The position numbers and the translations under genes were made by a program. Below the pieces are notes generated by a model. The model saw only the letters and a list, made by a program, of their open reading frames with translations, was not told the DNA's origin and made no database searches. Of a stretch of DNA of 64,000 nt, positions 37,480 through 45,271 are shown piece by piece (the stretch's first letter is position 1; each line of letters starts with the position of its first letter). This DNA is from an uncultured bacterium (lineage in GTDB: Bacteria; Bdellovibrionota_B; Oligoflexia; CAYFLR01), in the NCBI GenBank assembly GCA_964343805.1, contig CAYFLR010000002.1, forward strand, positions 48,175 to 112,174, in the 5' to 3' direction.

Positions 37480-38043
37480 ATGACTCAAATTACTAAAGAT
37501 ATGACAATTCAACAGATACTAACAGAATTCCCAGAACACTCAGGAACTTTAACAGAGGTAATGCTTCAGGCTGGTCTTCATTGTGTAGGATGTGGTGCCG
37601 CTTCATTTGAAACACTTGAGCAAGGTGTTATGGGGCATGGTAAATCTGTAGAGCAGTTAGAAAGTTTACTTACTCAACTTAATAATGTTCTTAACAGTTC
37701 TAAAGAGCAATCCGTTGACGGTCCTGTTATTCGTTTGACAGATACAGCAGTAAGCAAGATTAAAGAGATGATGGCTGATGAAGCTGACAACACAGGGCTT
37801 AAGATATCTGTTCAAAGTGGGGGCTGTGCTGGGTGGACTTATGAGATGGCTTTTCAGCAAGAAGCTTCAGGTGACGAAATGGAGATAGAGCAAGATGGTG
37901 TTCGACTTTTTGTTAGTAAAGATAATGCCAGTAAATTGCAGGGCACCGAGGTTAGTTATGTGACCTCTTTGCAAAAAAGTGGCTTTACTTTTGATAACCC
38001 AAATGCTCAAACTAGCTGTGGCTGTGGTCAATCTTTTGGATAG
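37480..38043 (+). CDS. Fusion of a DUF1858 (hybrid-cluster-protein-associated redox disulfide) domain and an IscA/HesB-type Fe-S carrier
   Basis: The N-terminal part has GLHCVGCGAASFETLEQG (CxxC). The C-terminal part has SGGCAGWTYEM and a terminal CGCGQSFG, typical of A-type carriers. RBS AAGGAG. Confidence 0.75.
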   Translation: MTQITKDMTIQQILTEFPEHSGTLTEVMLQAGLHCVGCGAASFETLEQGVMGHGKSVEQLESLLTQLNNVLNSSKEQSVDGPVIRLTDTAVSKIKEMMADEADNTGLKISVQSGGCAGWTYEMAFQQEASGDEMEIEQDGVRLFVSKDNASKLQGTEVSYVTSLQKSGFTFDNPNAQTSCGCGQSFG

Positions 38044-38045
38044 AT

Positions 38046-38906
38046 ATGAAACTATTAACTAAAATGGCCTCTCGGTTTGTGGCTGGGGAAACCCAAGATG
38101 AAGCCTTGTTGGTTGCTGACAATTTAAAGAGTGAAGGCCTCTATTCCACTTTGGATATTCTCGGAGAGAATGTAAATGACAAAGCGGGAGCTGAGGCTTT
38201 GACCGATCAATACTGTGAGCTCTTATGGGAAATCAATGACCGTGGTTTTAATGACAAAGGAGCTTGCAATGTCTCGCTCAAACTGACTATGTTAGGCCTG
38301 GATATTTCTCCAAAGCTATGTGAAGCCAATTTGATAAGAATTGTTAAAGAGGCTCATGATTTAGGAGATATTTTTGTTCGGGTCGATATGGAAGGCTCGG
38401 CGTACACTGATCGAACATTGGATATTTTTTGTAAAGTGAGAGAAAAATATTCCAATGTTGGTATTGTCTTACAAGCTTATCTCCATCGGACCTATGACGA
38501 TTTAAAAAGGGTTCTGAAGTTAGAAGGTAAGGTCCGCCTATGCAAAGGGGCTTATAAGGAGCGACCAGAGATAGCTTGGCAAAGCATGAAAGAGATCAGA
38601 AAAAACTATCTCAAATGTGCAGATCTTTTATTAGATGATGATAATTATCATGCTTTTGCCTCTCATGATGTAAAGCTCTTGTCTGATGTGGTTAAGAAGG
38701 CAAAGAAAAAGAAAAAGCAATTGGGTGAGTATGAGCTCCAAATGCTTTTTGGTATGAATAAAAAGCAGTGGTATCGTTTAAGTGAAAAAGGATATCCTTT
38801 TCGAGTTTATGTACCCTTTGGGACAGACTGGTTACCTTACTTTACCCGGCGTCTACTTGAACGAAAAGAGAATGTTCTTTTCGTACTGACCCATCTTTTC
38901 AAATGA
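38046..38906 (+). CDS. Proline dehydrogenase family protein
   Basis: RFVAGETQDEALLVADNLKSEGLYSTLDILGENV, QAYLHRTYDD, RLCKGAY and YVPFGTDWLPYFTRRLLERKEN are typical of monofunctional PRODH. Confidence 0.8.
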   Translation: MKLLTKMASRFVAGETQDEALLVADNLKSEGLYSTLDILGENVNDKAGAEALTDQYCELLWEINDRGFNDKGACNVSLKLTMLGLDISPKLCEANLIRIVKEAHDLGDIFVRVDMEGSAYTDRTLDIFCKVREKYSNVGIVLQAYLHRTYDDLKRVLKLEGKVRLCKGAYKERPEIAWQSMKEIRKNYLKCADLLLDDDNYHAFASHDVKLLSDVVKKAKKKKKQLGEYELQMLFGMNKKQWYRLSEKGYPFRVYVPFGTDWLPYFTRRLLERKENVLFVLTHLFK

Positions 38907-39013
38907 TTAGTGTAACTGATTTGGTATATCTAAAAGAATAATTTGTAATAATCATAAAAGAGGGTATTTTAGCTCCTAGATAGATTTTGAACACAAAACT
39001 TTAGGAGTATAAA

Positions 39014-39535
39014 ATGAAATCACTTTTTTTAATCATCATTCTTAGCCTTGGCACTCTCAGTGCAAATACAATTCAACCAACAACTTCAGTCAGCTATAGT
39101 AACGGACAATTCAAAGATGGAGTTCTTTCTATCGATGTTGCTTATGGCGGCTGCAATAAGCTCTCATTCAATTTAGATCTTCTACCTGAACTTATGGCCT
39201 TTCCGTACGATCCAAATAAACCTCAAAGACTCTTTTTATCACATAGCGGTTTTGCTGGATATTGTCGTATGCACATCTTTCATACTTTAACCTTTGATCT
39301 TTCAAAAGAATATGGAGTTGGTGATGGATCTCTCTTTGAGGTATTAGCTTCCGCAGGAAATGGCAAAGCTGAAGTGGTTTTCTCCACCAGTAAAGAAGAG
39401 CAAGAATTACCAGAGAGCCTTATTCCAGTAGGTATTTGTACTATGGATATCAATGCATGGGGAAACCCAAGTGCTTGTAGCTGTCCAGAGCTCTACGAAT
39501 ACAATAGCCAATCTGGTTTATGTCATATAAAATAA
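39014..39535 (+). CDS. Secreted hypothetical protein
   Basis: RBS AGGAG and a signal peptide MKSLFLIIILSLGTLSA. Contains several Cys. No family recognised. Confidence 0.5.
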   Translation: MKSLFLIIILSLGTLSANTIQPTTSVSYSNGQFKDGVLSIDVAYGGCNKLSFNLDLLPELMAFPYDPNKPQRLFLSHSGFAGYCRMHIFHTLTFDLSKEYGVGDGSLFEVLASAGNGKAEVVFSTSKEEQELPESLIPVGICTMDINAWGNPSACSCPELYEYNSQSGLCHIK

Positions 39536-39542
39536 TTTTCTA

Positions 39543-39567
39543 ACCCGGATGGAGTATCCGGGTCTTT
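39543..39567 (+). terminator. Candidate intrinsic terminator
   Basis: An 8-bp stem pairs ACCCGGAT (39543-39550) with ATCCGGGT (39556-39563) around a 5-nt loop. It is followed by CTTT, so the T-tract is short. Confidence 0.4.
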
Positions 39568-39586
39568 AACCATGGAGAGGTTGAGT

Positions 39587-40333
39587 ATGGTCCCTCATTG
39601 GGTAGCAGAAAGTATTATTTATCAAATATTCCCCGATCGATTTTATAAATCCAATATAAGTAAAAACACGAACCTAGAAGGCTGGGATGTTAAACCCAGC
39701 CGGATGGGTTTTAAAGGGGGAGATCTTAATGGAATTTGCGAAAAGCTTGACTACCTCATGGACCTAGGTGTTAATACTCTCTACCTTAATCCCATTTTTA
39801 CTTCTCCCGCGAATCATCGATACCATACCTATGACTACTTTCAAGTTGATCCTCTTTTGGGTGGCAACTCTGCCTTTAAAAGGCTTATTGAACAGACACA
39901 TGAGAGAGGAATGAAAATACTCATTGATGGAGTCTTCAATCATGCCAGCCGAGGTTTTTTTCCTTTTCATCATGTGATGGAAAACGGGCTATCTTCTCCC
40001 TACTTGGATTGGTTTCATTTTAATATGAAAAAACTTGAAGGCTCTGATCCTCTCCCTGCCTATTCCAGTTACGATAGGCAGGCCACTGATGGCTGTGAAG
40101 GATTTGAAGAGTATGGTTATAAATGCTGGTGGGGACTTCCTGCTCTTCCGAAACTAAATACTGACAACCCAGAGGTGAGAAACTTTATATTTGAAGTGGC
40201 GAAATATTGGATAGATCAAGGAGCTGACGGATGGCGTTTAGATGTTCCAGAAGAGATTGATGACCCCGTCTTTTGGGGAGAGTTTCGCCAGGTCGTTAAA
40301 TCAGCCAATGCAGAAGCTTATATAGTGGAGTGA
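39587..40333 (+). CDS. GH13 alpha-amylase family glycosidase (neopullulanase/cyclomaltodextrinase-like), N-terminal part of split gene
   Basis: IIYQIFPDRF, GVNTLYLNPIF, region I DGVFNH and region II DGWRLDVPEEI are present. The GGAGAGG RBS favours ATG 39587. It ends ..AEAYIVE followed by a stop. Confidence 0.85.
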   Translation: MVPHWVAESIIYQIFPDRFYKSNISKNTNLEGWDVKPSRMGFKGGDLNGICEKLDYLMDLGVNTLYLNPIFTSPANHRYHTYDYFQVDPLLGGNSAFKRLIEQTHERGMKILIDGVFNHASRGFFPFHHVMENGLSSPYLDWFHFNMKKLEGSDPLPAYSSYDRQATDGCEGFEEYGYKCWWGLPALPKLNTDNPEVRNFIFEVAKYWIDQGADGWRLDVPEEIDDPVFWGEFRQVVKSANAEAYIVE

Positions 40334-41001
40334 TGAACTATGCTCTGGGTAAACTCATACTTCAATACTGTTTTTATGATTGTTTTAATAAAGAGACGGT
40401 CAAGTCTATGAACTACCAATCTCTTTCTGCCATTGATGGGGTTGAGTTTATCGGCAAAGTAGAAGGGCTTTTTAAGCTCTATTCTCCAGAGGTAAACTTA
40501 GGCCAAATGAATATCATGACCAGTCATGATACTCCGAGAATATTGAATTTAGCAAGTAAGGATACGGATAGCGTGAAGCAAGCTTTGTTTCTCATGTTTT
40601 GTCTTCCCGGTGCTCCTACTATTTATTATGGAGATGAAGTGGGAGTTACAGGTGACCATGATCCAGACTGCCGCAAAGGATTTCCATGGAATAAAGAGGA
40701 TTGGAATAAAGATCTATATCATTTTAATCAGGACATCATTGCTCTTCGTAAGAAAGAGCCCGCATTACAAAAAGGGGAGTTTAAAACAGTGCAAGTAGAG
40801 GGCGACCTGCTTCATTTTGAACGCAACTATGCTGGAGAAACTTTGCATATTATTCTCAATCGATCCAAAGGTCCTTTTGATTACAAAACTGAACAAGGGA
40901 CTAAATCCTGCCAGGTCCTTTATAAGTATGGTGTTGATAAATCTAATAATTCCTTTGATATGCAGCCAAAATCTATGATTTGCATCAAGCTGCTCTCTTG
41001 A
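40330..41001 (+). CDS. GH13 glycosidase, C-terminal part of split gene
   Basis: VMNYALGK, region IV MTSHDTPR, PGAPTIYYGDEVG and a C-terminal beta-sandwich-like tail are present. Confidence 0.8.
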   Translation: MMNYALGKLILQYCFYDCFNKETVKSMNYQSLSAIDGVEFIGKVEGLFKLYSPEVNLGQMNIMTSHDTPRILNLASKDTDSVKQALFLMFCLPGAPTIYYGDEVGVTGDHDPDCRKGFPWNKEDWNKDLYHFNQDIIALRKKEPALQKGEFKTVQVEGDLLHFERNYAGETLHIILNRSKGPFDYKTEQGTKSCQVLYKYGVDKSNNSFDMQPKSMICIKLLS

Positions 41002-41107
41002 AATTTTGTAAAATGCTAAAATATATTTACAAAAAAATAAAATAATAGTATAAGTTGGGTTAATTTCGTCTAGATGGCGAGGTATCGTTTATTCTATCGG
41101 AGTCATT

Positions 41108-42448
41108 ATGAAACTTAACTCAGCTTTTCTATTATTTATTTTACTTTCCACTTCGATTTTTGCTGATAATGGCAAATTGCAACTGGGATTTGTCAACCTC
41201 ACTCACCTCAGTGAAGGAGAAAATTTATGGCTTTCTAACCATAAAGAAGCGGGAACCATTGAAGACCAGGCAGGAGTCTATGTGGTGGTTTTCCCAGATG
41301 ATACAACCCCTCTTATGGGAGAGGAAGCGGATCAATTCTTTTTAGCTGGAAATGTCAATTTCATTACTTTTTCTGGTCTTCCCAACAATTTGGTAGGTTC
41401 ACTCAACTTAGGAAAAAGAATTGCAAAAACGAATAATGCCCCCGTATTGGCTGTCCACTCCGGATATGGAGACTTTGGTGTCTACACTCAAGGACCTAAG
41501 GCTTTTTTTGTGGAGAGATTATCCAATAAAATAATGGGAGGAATGGGGGCTCCTATATTAGATAGTTTTCTCGAAGAAGCAGCCTTTTCTGATCCCAATT
41601 TATTGGATACCATCTATGCCAGTCTTCGTCAGCCGTATGTGGATGATGCCACGAACAAAGTGAATCAATTGCTTCTTAAATTAGATGGGGAAAAGATAAA
41701 AGAACTTAATATTGTTGCCTACTGTTTAGGTGCTTTTAAAGCTGCCAATTTGAGCTATTGGTTAGAGCAGGAGCAGCCCAAGCTACTTGCCAAAATGAAC
41801 TTTTTCTCTATAGCTATCAGTGTATTTCCAAGTAAACTTTTTAATCTCTCATACCAACTGATGGGCAATAGAGATCAATTTGGACGAATCAATAGTACAA
41901 ATCCTTTGGCTGCAGATATTCTGATCGGCAAAGATCATACTATTCGTGCAGATTTGGCCATCGGGTTGCCTATTCCTCCAGTTATAGAAATGAAAAGAAT
42001 GGCTTCCTTACGCGATCAATTATTAAACCCTCCCAAGGTTGAAACTTGGGATCTGCTGGAAATTAAGATAGAGATGGATAGGCTCATTACCCTCTATAGA
42101 CAGGTGGATTCCTTCTTGCTGGAAGCAGCTAATATAGCGAATGGAGGACCTTCGGATACTATTCATATGATGAAATTAACCTGGGAAAAAAATATAATTT
42201 CATCTCGTATCATCGAACTTTTTCAAAGTCGTTTAGACCGTTTTACCGCACAACCAAATAGCTATCATGATTTCTTTTTAAAGATGCTAGTTCCTAGTGA
42301 GGATTACGTGGCAGCTTGGTATAATAAGCAAAGTGCCGCTGAAAATTTGGCAGCCAAGATTAAAGAAGTCAACGGCAAGAGAACATCCAATTCTGATCTT
42401 TTTGAATACCTCGCTTGGAAGAAACAGTTGGAAAAAAGTCTTAAATGA
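41108..42448 (+). CDS. Secreted hypothetical protein, 446 aa
   Basis: Signal peptide MKLNSAFLLFILLSTSIFA. No family recognised. One segment, NIVAYCLGAF, loosely resembles a GxSxG nucleophile elbow with Cys in place of Ser. That reading is speculative. Confidence 0.55.
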   Translation: MKLNSAFLLFILLSTSIFADNGKLQLGFVNLTHLSEGENLWLSNHKEAGTIEDQAGVYVVVFPDDTTPLMGEEADQFFLAGNVNFITFSGLPNNLVGSLNLGKRIAKTNNAPVLAVHSGYGDFGVYTQGPKAFFVERLSNKIMGGMGAPILDSFLEEAAFSDPNLLDTIYASLRQPYVDDATNKVNQLLLKLDGEKIKELNIVAYCLGAFKAANLSYWLEQEQPKLLAKMNFFSIAISVFPSKLFNLSYQLMGNRDQFGRINSTNPLAADILIGKDHTIRADLAIGLPIPPVIEMKRMASLRDQLLNPPKVETWDLLEIKIEMDRLITLYRQVDSFLLEAANIANGGPSDTIHMMKLTWEKNIISSRIIELFQSRLDRFTAQPNSYHDFFLKMLVPSEDYVAAWYNKQSAAENLAAKIKEVNGKRTSNSDLFEYLAWKKQLEKSLK

Positions 42449-42495
42449 AATTTAAAAGGGCACTTTATTATTGGCCATGTTAAAATAGATGGATA

Positions 42496-43839
42496 ATGAA
42501 GAAAATATCCATCATTGATGATAATACCTCCAGTTGCTTTACACTAGAGCAGGCTCTCAAAGACGATAATATATCTATCAAGTCAGCTCATAATGGAGCA
42601 GATGGTCTCAAGCTCGTTCAGAGTGAGAACCCCAATTTAGTTCTTTTGGATTTGAATTTACCTGATTGTATTGGTATTGATTTAATTCCCCATATTCGAT
42701 CTATGGCTCCTGAGGCGGTTATTTTTATGATCAGTGCCTCCACTCAACCTCAAGAAGTAGTTAAAGCCATTCAACAGGGAGCCTCTGATTATATTGTTAA
42801 ACCTTTTGAAATTGATATTTTAAAAAGTAAGGTAGATTCAGTCTGGGATATTTTAGAGCGGAAAGAAAAAGTCACTCGGGTTGTTAATCATAAAGAAGAA
42901 ACTGCAATTGTGGGCAATAGCTCACAAACCAAGAAATTACTGCAAGAGATTTATTTATTTGCAGATTGTGATTCTAATGTGCTGATTCAAGGGGAAAGTG
43001 GGACCGGTAAGAATTTAGTTGCCAGTTGTATTCATGAAAAAAGTTTGCGTCATCCCTTTCCATTTATAACTATAAATTGTGCCTCCATACCTGAAAGTCT
43101 TTTGGAGAGTGAACTCTTTGGATATGAGAAAGGAGCTTTTACAGGGGCGACTGATACCAAAGAGGGAAAGTTTGAAGTGGCGGAGAAGGGGACTATCTTC
43201 TTAGATGAAATAAGTGAAATTCCTTTAAATATGCAAGCCAAGTTACTTAGAGTGATACAGGGAAAGGAATTTGAAAGATTAGGAGGGTTGCGCACTAAAA
43301 AGCTGGATATTCGTATAATTGCTGCAACCAATAAAGATCTGGAAAGTGAAGTTTATAAAAAGAACTTTAGAGAAGATCTCTTTTATAGGTTAAATGTGTT
43401 ACCCCTTTTCATAAGGCCTTTACGGGAGAGAAGAAGTGATATTCCGGCACTGGTGGATTATTATTTTAATTATTACTGTAATAAAATGAATAAAAAAATA
43501 GAATCGCCACATAAAGAAGTTGTTGAGTACCTATCAACATTAGAATACCCGGGCAATATTAGACAACTCCAATTTATGATCGAAAGAGCCATTGTGATGT
43601 GTGCCAATGGTGGGCTCACTATTGCTGATTTCTCAAGTTCATTAAAGAACACACCCTCCCCTAACCAAACCGATTCAGAAGATGTCAGTCTGGGTGAAAT
43701 AGAGTATCAACGTTTGATATCAGCTCTTCAGAAGTTTGGGGGGAATATATCCAAAATTGCTAAGTACCTTGATATCAGCCGAGGAACCGTATATAGCCGT
43801 TTGAAAAAGTATGGCATTGATATCAAGCGGCAACGTTAA
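42496..43839 (+). CDS. Sigma-54-dependent response regulator (NtrC family enhancer-binding protein)
   Basis: REC domain (LVLLDLNLPD), Walker A GESGTGKN, GAFTGA loop, Walker B FLDEISE and a C-terminal Fis-type HTH (GNISKIAKYLDISRGTVYSRLKKYGI). Confidence 0.9.
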   Translation: MKKISIIDDNTSSCFTLEQALKDDNISIKSAHNGADGLKLVQSENPNLVLLDLNLPDCIGIDLIPHIRSMAPEAVIFMISASTQPQEVVKAIQQGASDYIVKPFEIDILKSKVDSVWDILERKEKVTRVVNHKEETAIVGNSSQTKKLLQEIYLFADCDSNVLIQGESGTGKNLVASCIHEKSLRHPFPFITINCASIPESLLESELFGYEKGAFTGATDTKEGKFEVAEKGTIFLDEISEIPLNMQAKLLRVIQGKEFERLGGLRTKKLDIRIIAATNKDLESEVYKKNFREDLFYRLNVLPLFIRPLRERRSDIPALVDYYFNYYCNKMNKKIESPHKEVVEYLSTLEYPGNIRQLQFMIERAIVMCANGGLTIADFSSSLKNTPSPNQTDSEDVSLGEIEYQRLISALQKFGGNISKIAKYLDISRGTVYSRLKKYGIDIKRQR

Positions 43840-43848
43840 AAAGAGTCT

Positions 43849-44304
43849 CTAAGAGGCAAGTGGTTTGTCTTCCAATACGAGCGAATAGTAAATATGTTTT
43901 ATGAGAGCTTCGGATGTAAATGGCTTGGGAATGAAATGAGTTGCACCGGAGTAAACAATTTCTTTTATCAGTCCAGTATCTTTGGTTGCACTCACTAAAA
44001 TGATAGGCGTCTCCGCATATCGCTCTATTTTTCTGATTTTCTTAACCGCCTGACTGGTGTCCATTAAAGGCATCATAATATCCATCAGGATAAAATCACA
44101 ATCGGGGAGTTGGCTCGGGTCGAAAAGTCGATCATCAGTATCCATTACGATGTGTGAATCTATCTTATAAAAATGGAGAATTTCAGATAGCATATAAGCC
44201 CAATCATCATTGTCTTCTATTATGATCCCTTTTAATTTAAATTCTTTTTTTATAGGAGTCACATAAAGATTAACTATTTGATCGATTGATAGGTTTTCTA
44301 TCAT
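43849..44304 (-). CDS. Stand-alone response regulator receiver protein
   Basis: REC motifs IIIEDNDD, FILMDIMMPLMD, PIILVSA and IPKPF. There is no output domain. Confidence 0.8.
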   Translation of the reverse strand: MIENLSIDQIVNLYVTPIKKEFKLKGIIIEDNDDWAYMLSEILHFYKIDSHIVMDTDDRLFDPSQLPDCDFILMDIMMPLMDTSQAVKKIRKIERYAETPIILVSATKDTGLIKEIVYSGATHFIPKPFTSEALIKHIYYSLVLEDKPLAS

Positions 44305-44905
44305 TGTTTCTCTCCCTTTTAAATTTTTTATTCAAGCTTGATGGGTTATCGAACAAACAATAACCCGTTAATTGTTTACGCTCGAGCTCTCTGCGAATAA
44401 AATGGAGGGTTTTGCCGGTTCGATTCATCCACACAAAGAGTTTATCTAGATCAAAGTAGTAGGATTTGAATAGATTATAGACATAGCCGGCCTCTTGATA
44501 GTTCTCATTAGACTGGGTTAAGTTCTCACATTGCACATATTGTTGCATGATATTTTGCAACTTTGCTAAAGAAACAGGTTTAGTAAGAAAATCGATCACT
44601 CCCAGTTTCATGGCTTCTTCCGAGAGGGTGAGACTTATATCTGCAGAAATGAGGATCACCTTAGCAAAAATTCCTTGATCTCTTAAAGAACGAACGAATT
44701 GAATTCCGTTTATCCGTGGGAGATGAACATCACATAATAGCAAATCATATTTATGTTCTGTTAGAATTGAGTAAGCTAAGAAGGGATTTTGAGCTATGTC
44801 TACATGACAGTGACTGGATAAACCTAAATGAAGCAGGCTTAAAAGATCTACGTCATCATCAATTATAAGACATCTGGGCTTATTTTTTTGATTGTTTTCG
44901 GTCAT
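44270..44905 (-). CDS. Response regulator receiver with uncharacterised ~90-aa C-terminal domain
   Basis: A strong RBS GGGGGGAA precedes the ATG at 44905 (MTENNQKNKPRCLIIDDD). REC motif LLLCDVHLPRINGIQF. The C-terminal part is unassigned. The ORF is open upstream to 45154. Confidence 0.7.
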   Translation of the reverse strand: MTENNQKNKPRCLIIDDDVDLLSLLHLGLSSHCHVDIAQNPFLAYSILTEHKYDLLLCDVHLPRINGIQFVRSLRDQGIFAKVILISADISLTLSEEAMKLGVIDFLTKPVSLAKLQNIMQQYVQCENLTQSNENYQEAGYVYNLFKSYYFDLDKLFVWMNRTGKTLHFIRRELERKQLTGYCLFDNPSSLNKKFKRERNNDRKPINRSNS

Positions 44906-45147
44906 ATTTCCCCCCTGATTGAAGAAAAGTTTTGAATAAAATAAGTTAAATAAAACATATCTTTCAAAGGCAACCATCAGCCAATCTTTTGCAAGATCCA
45001 ATCTCTGGCTATAAGAAAGACTTCTAAACCAATGGGGGGAAAGAAGGTCAACATATTTAAATTGTATTTTTTTAATTATGCAATTGTTTGACCAAACTAA
45101 TAACATGTTGAAATTACATATTATAATAAAAAGAGCTTTAGGATAGT

Positions 45148-45172
45148 TGTTCAATTGTGTTCAATTGTGTGC
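45148..45172. promoter_or_regulatory. Tandem 10-bp direct repeat TGTTCAATTG x2 (+TGTGC), candidate regulator binding site
   Basis: The sequence reads TGTTCAATTGTGTTCAATTGTGTGC. A related copy, TGTTCAATTT, lies at 45246-45255. Both sit in the 366-bp gap between the kinase and receiver genes. Confidence 0.35.
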
Positions 45173-45271
45173 ACAGGGGTGGATATTCTGTAACTATTTA
45201 AAATGTAGGTAAAAATTTAAGTCTACCGTGAATTGTTGTTAATAGTGTTCAATTTTGTAAGATTCAAAAGT

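Noticed and set aside
41004-41034. 9-bp AT-only hairpin (TTTTGTAAA / TTTACAAAA) after the GH13 gene as a terminator
   Set aside because: The stem is all A/T with one G-C pair, the loop is 13 nt, and A residues rather than a T-tract follow it on the coding strand.
44968-44986. Sigma-54-like promoter on the minus strand (TTGGCTGATGGTTGCC) upstream of the 44905 receiver gene
   Set aside because: The GG and GC elements are separated by 9 nt rather than the invariant 10 nt, and the -24 element is TGGCTG rather than TGGCAC.
44906-45154. 83-codon N-terminal extension of the 44270 receiver gene (ORF track start 45154)
   Set aside because: The extension translates to Phe/Leu/Asn/Tyr-rich sequence typical of AT-rich non-coding DNA. 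A strong RBS (GGGGGGAA) sits directly before the internal ATG at 44905, where the REC domain begins. The unusually long open stretch is noted in the findings.
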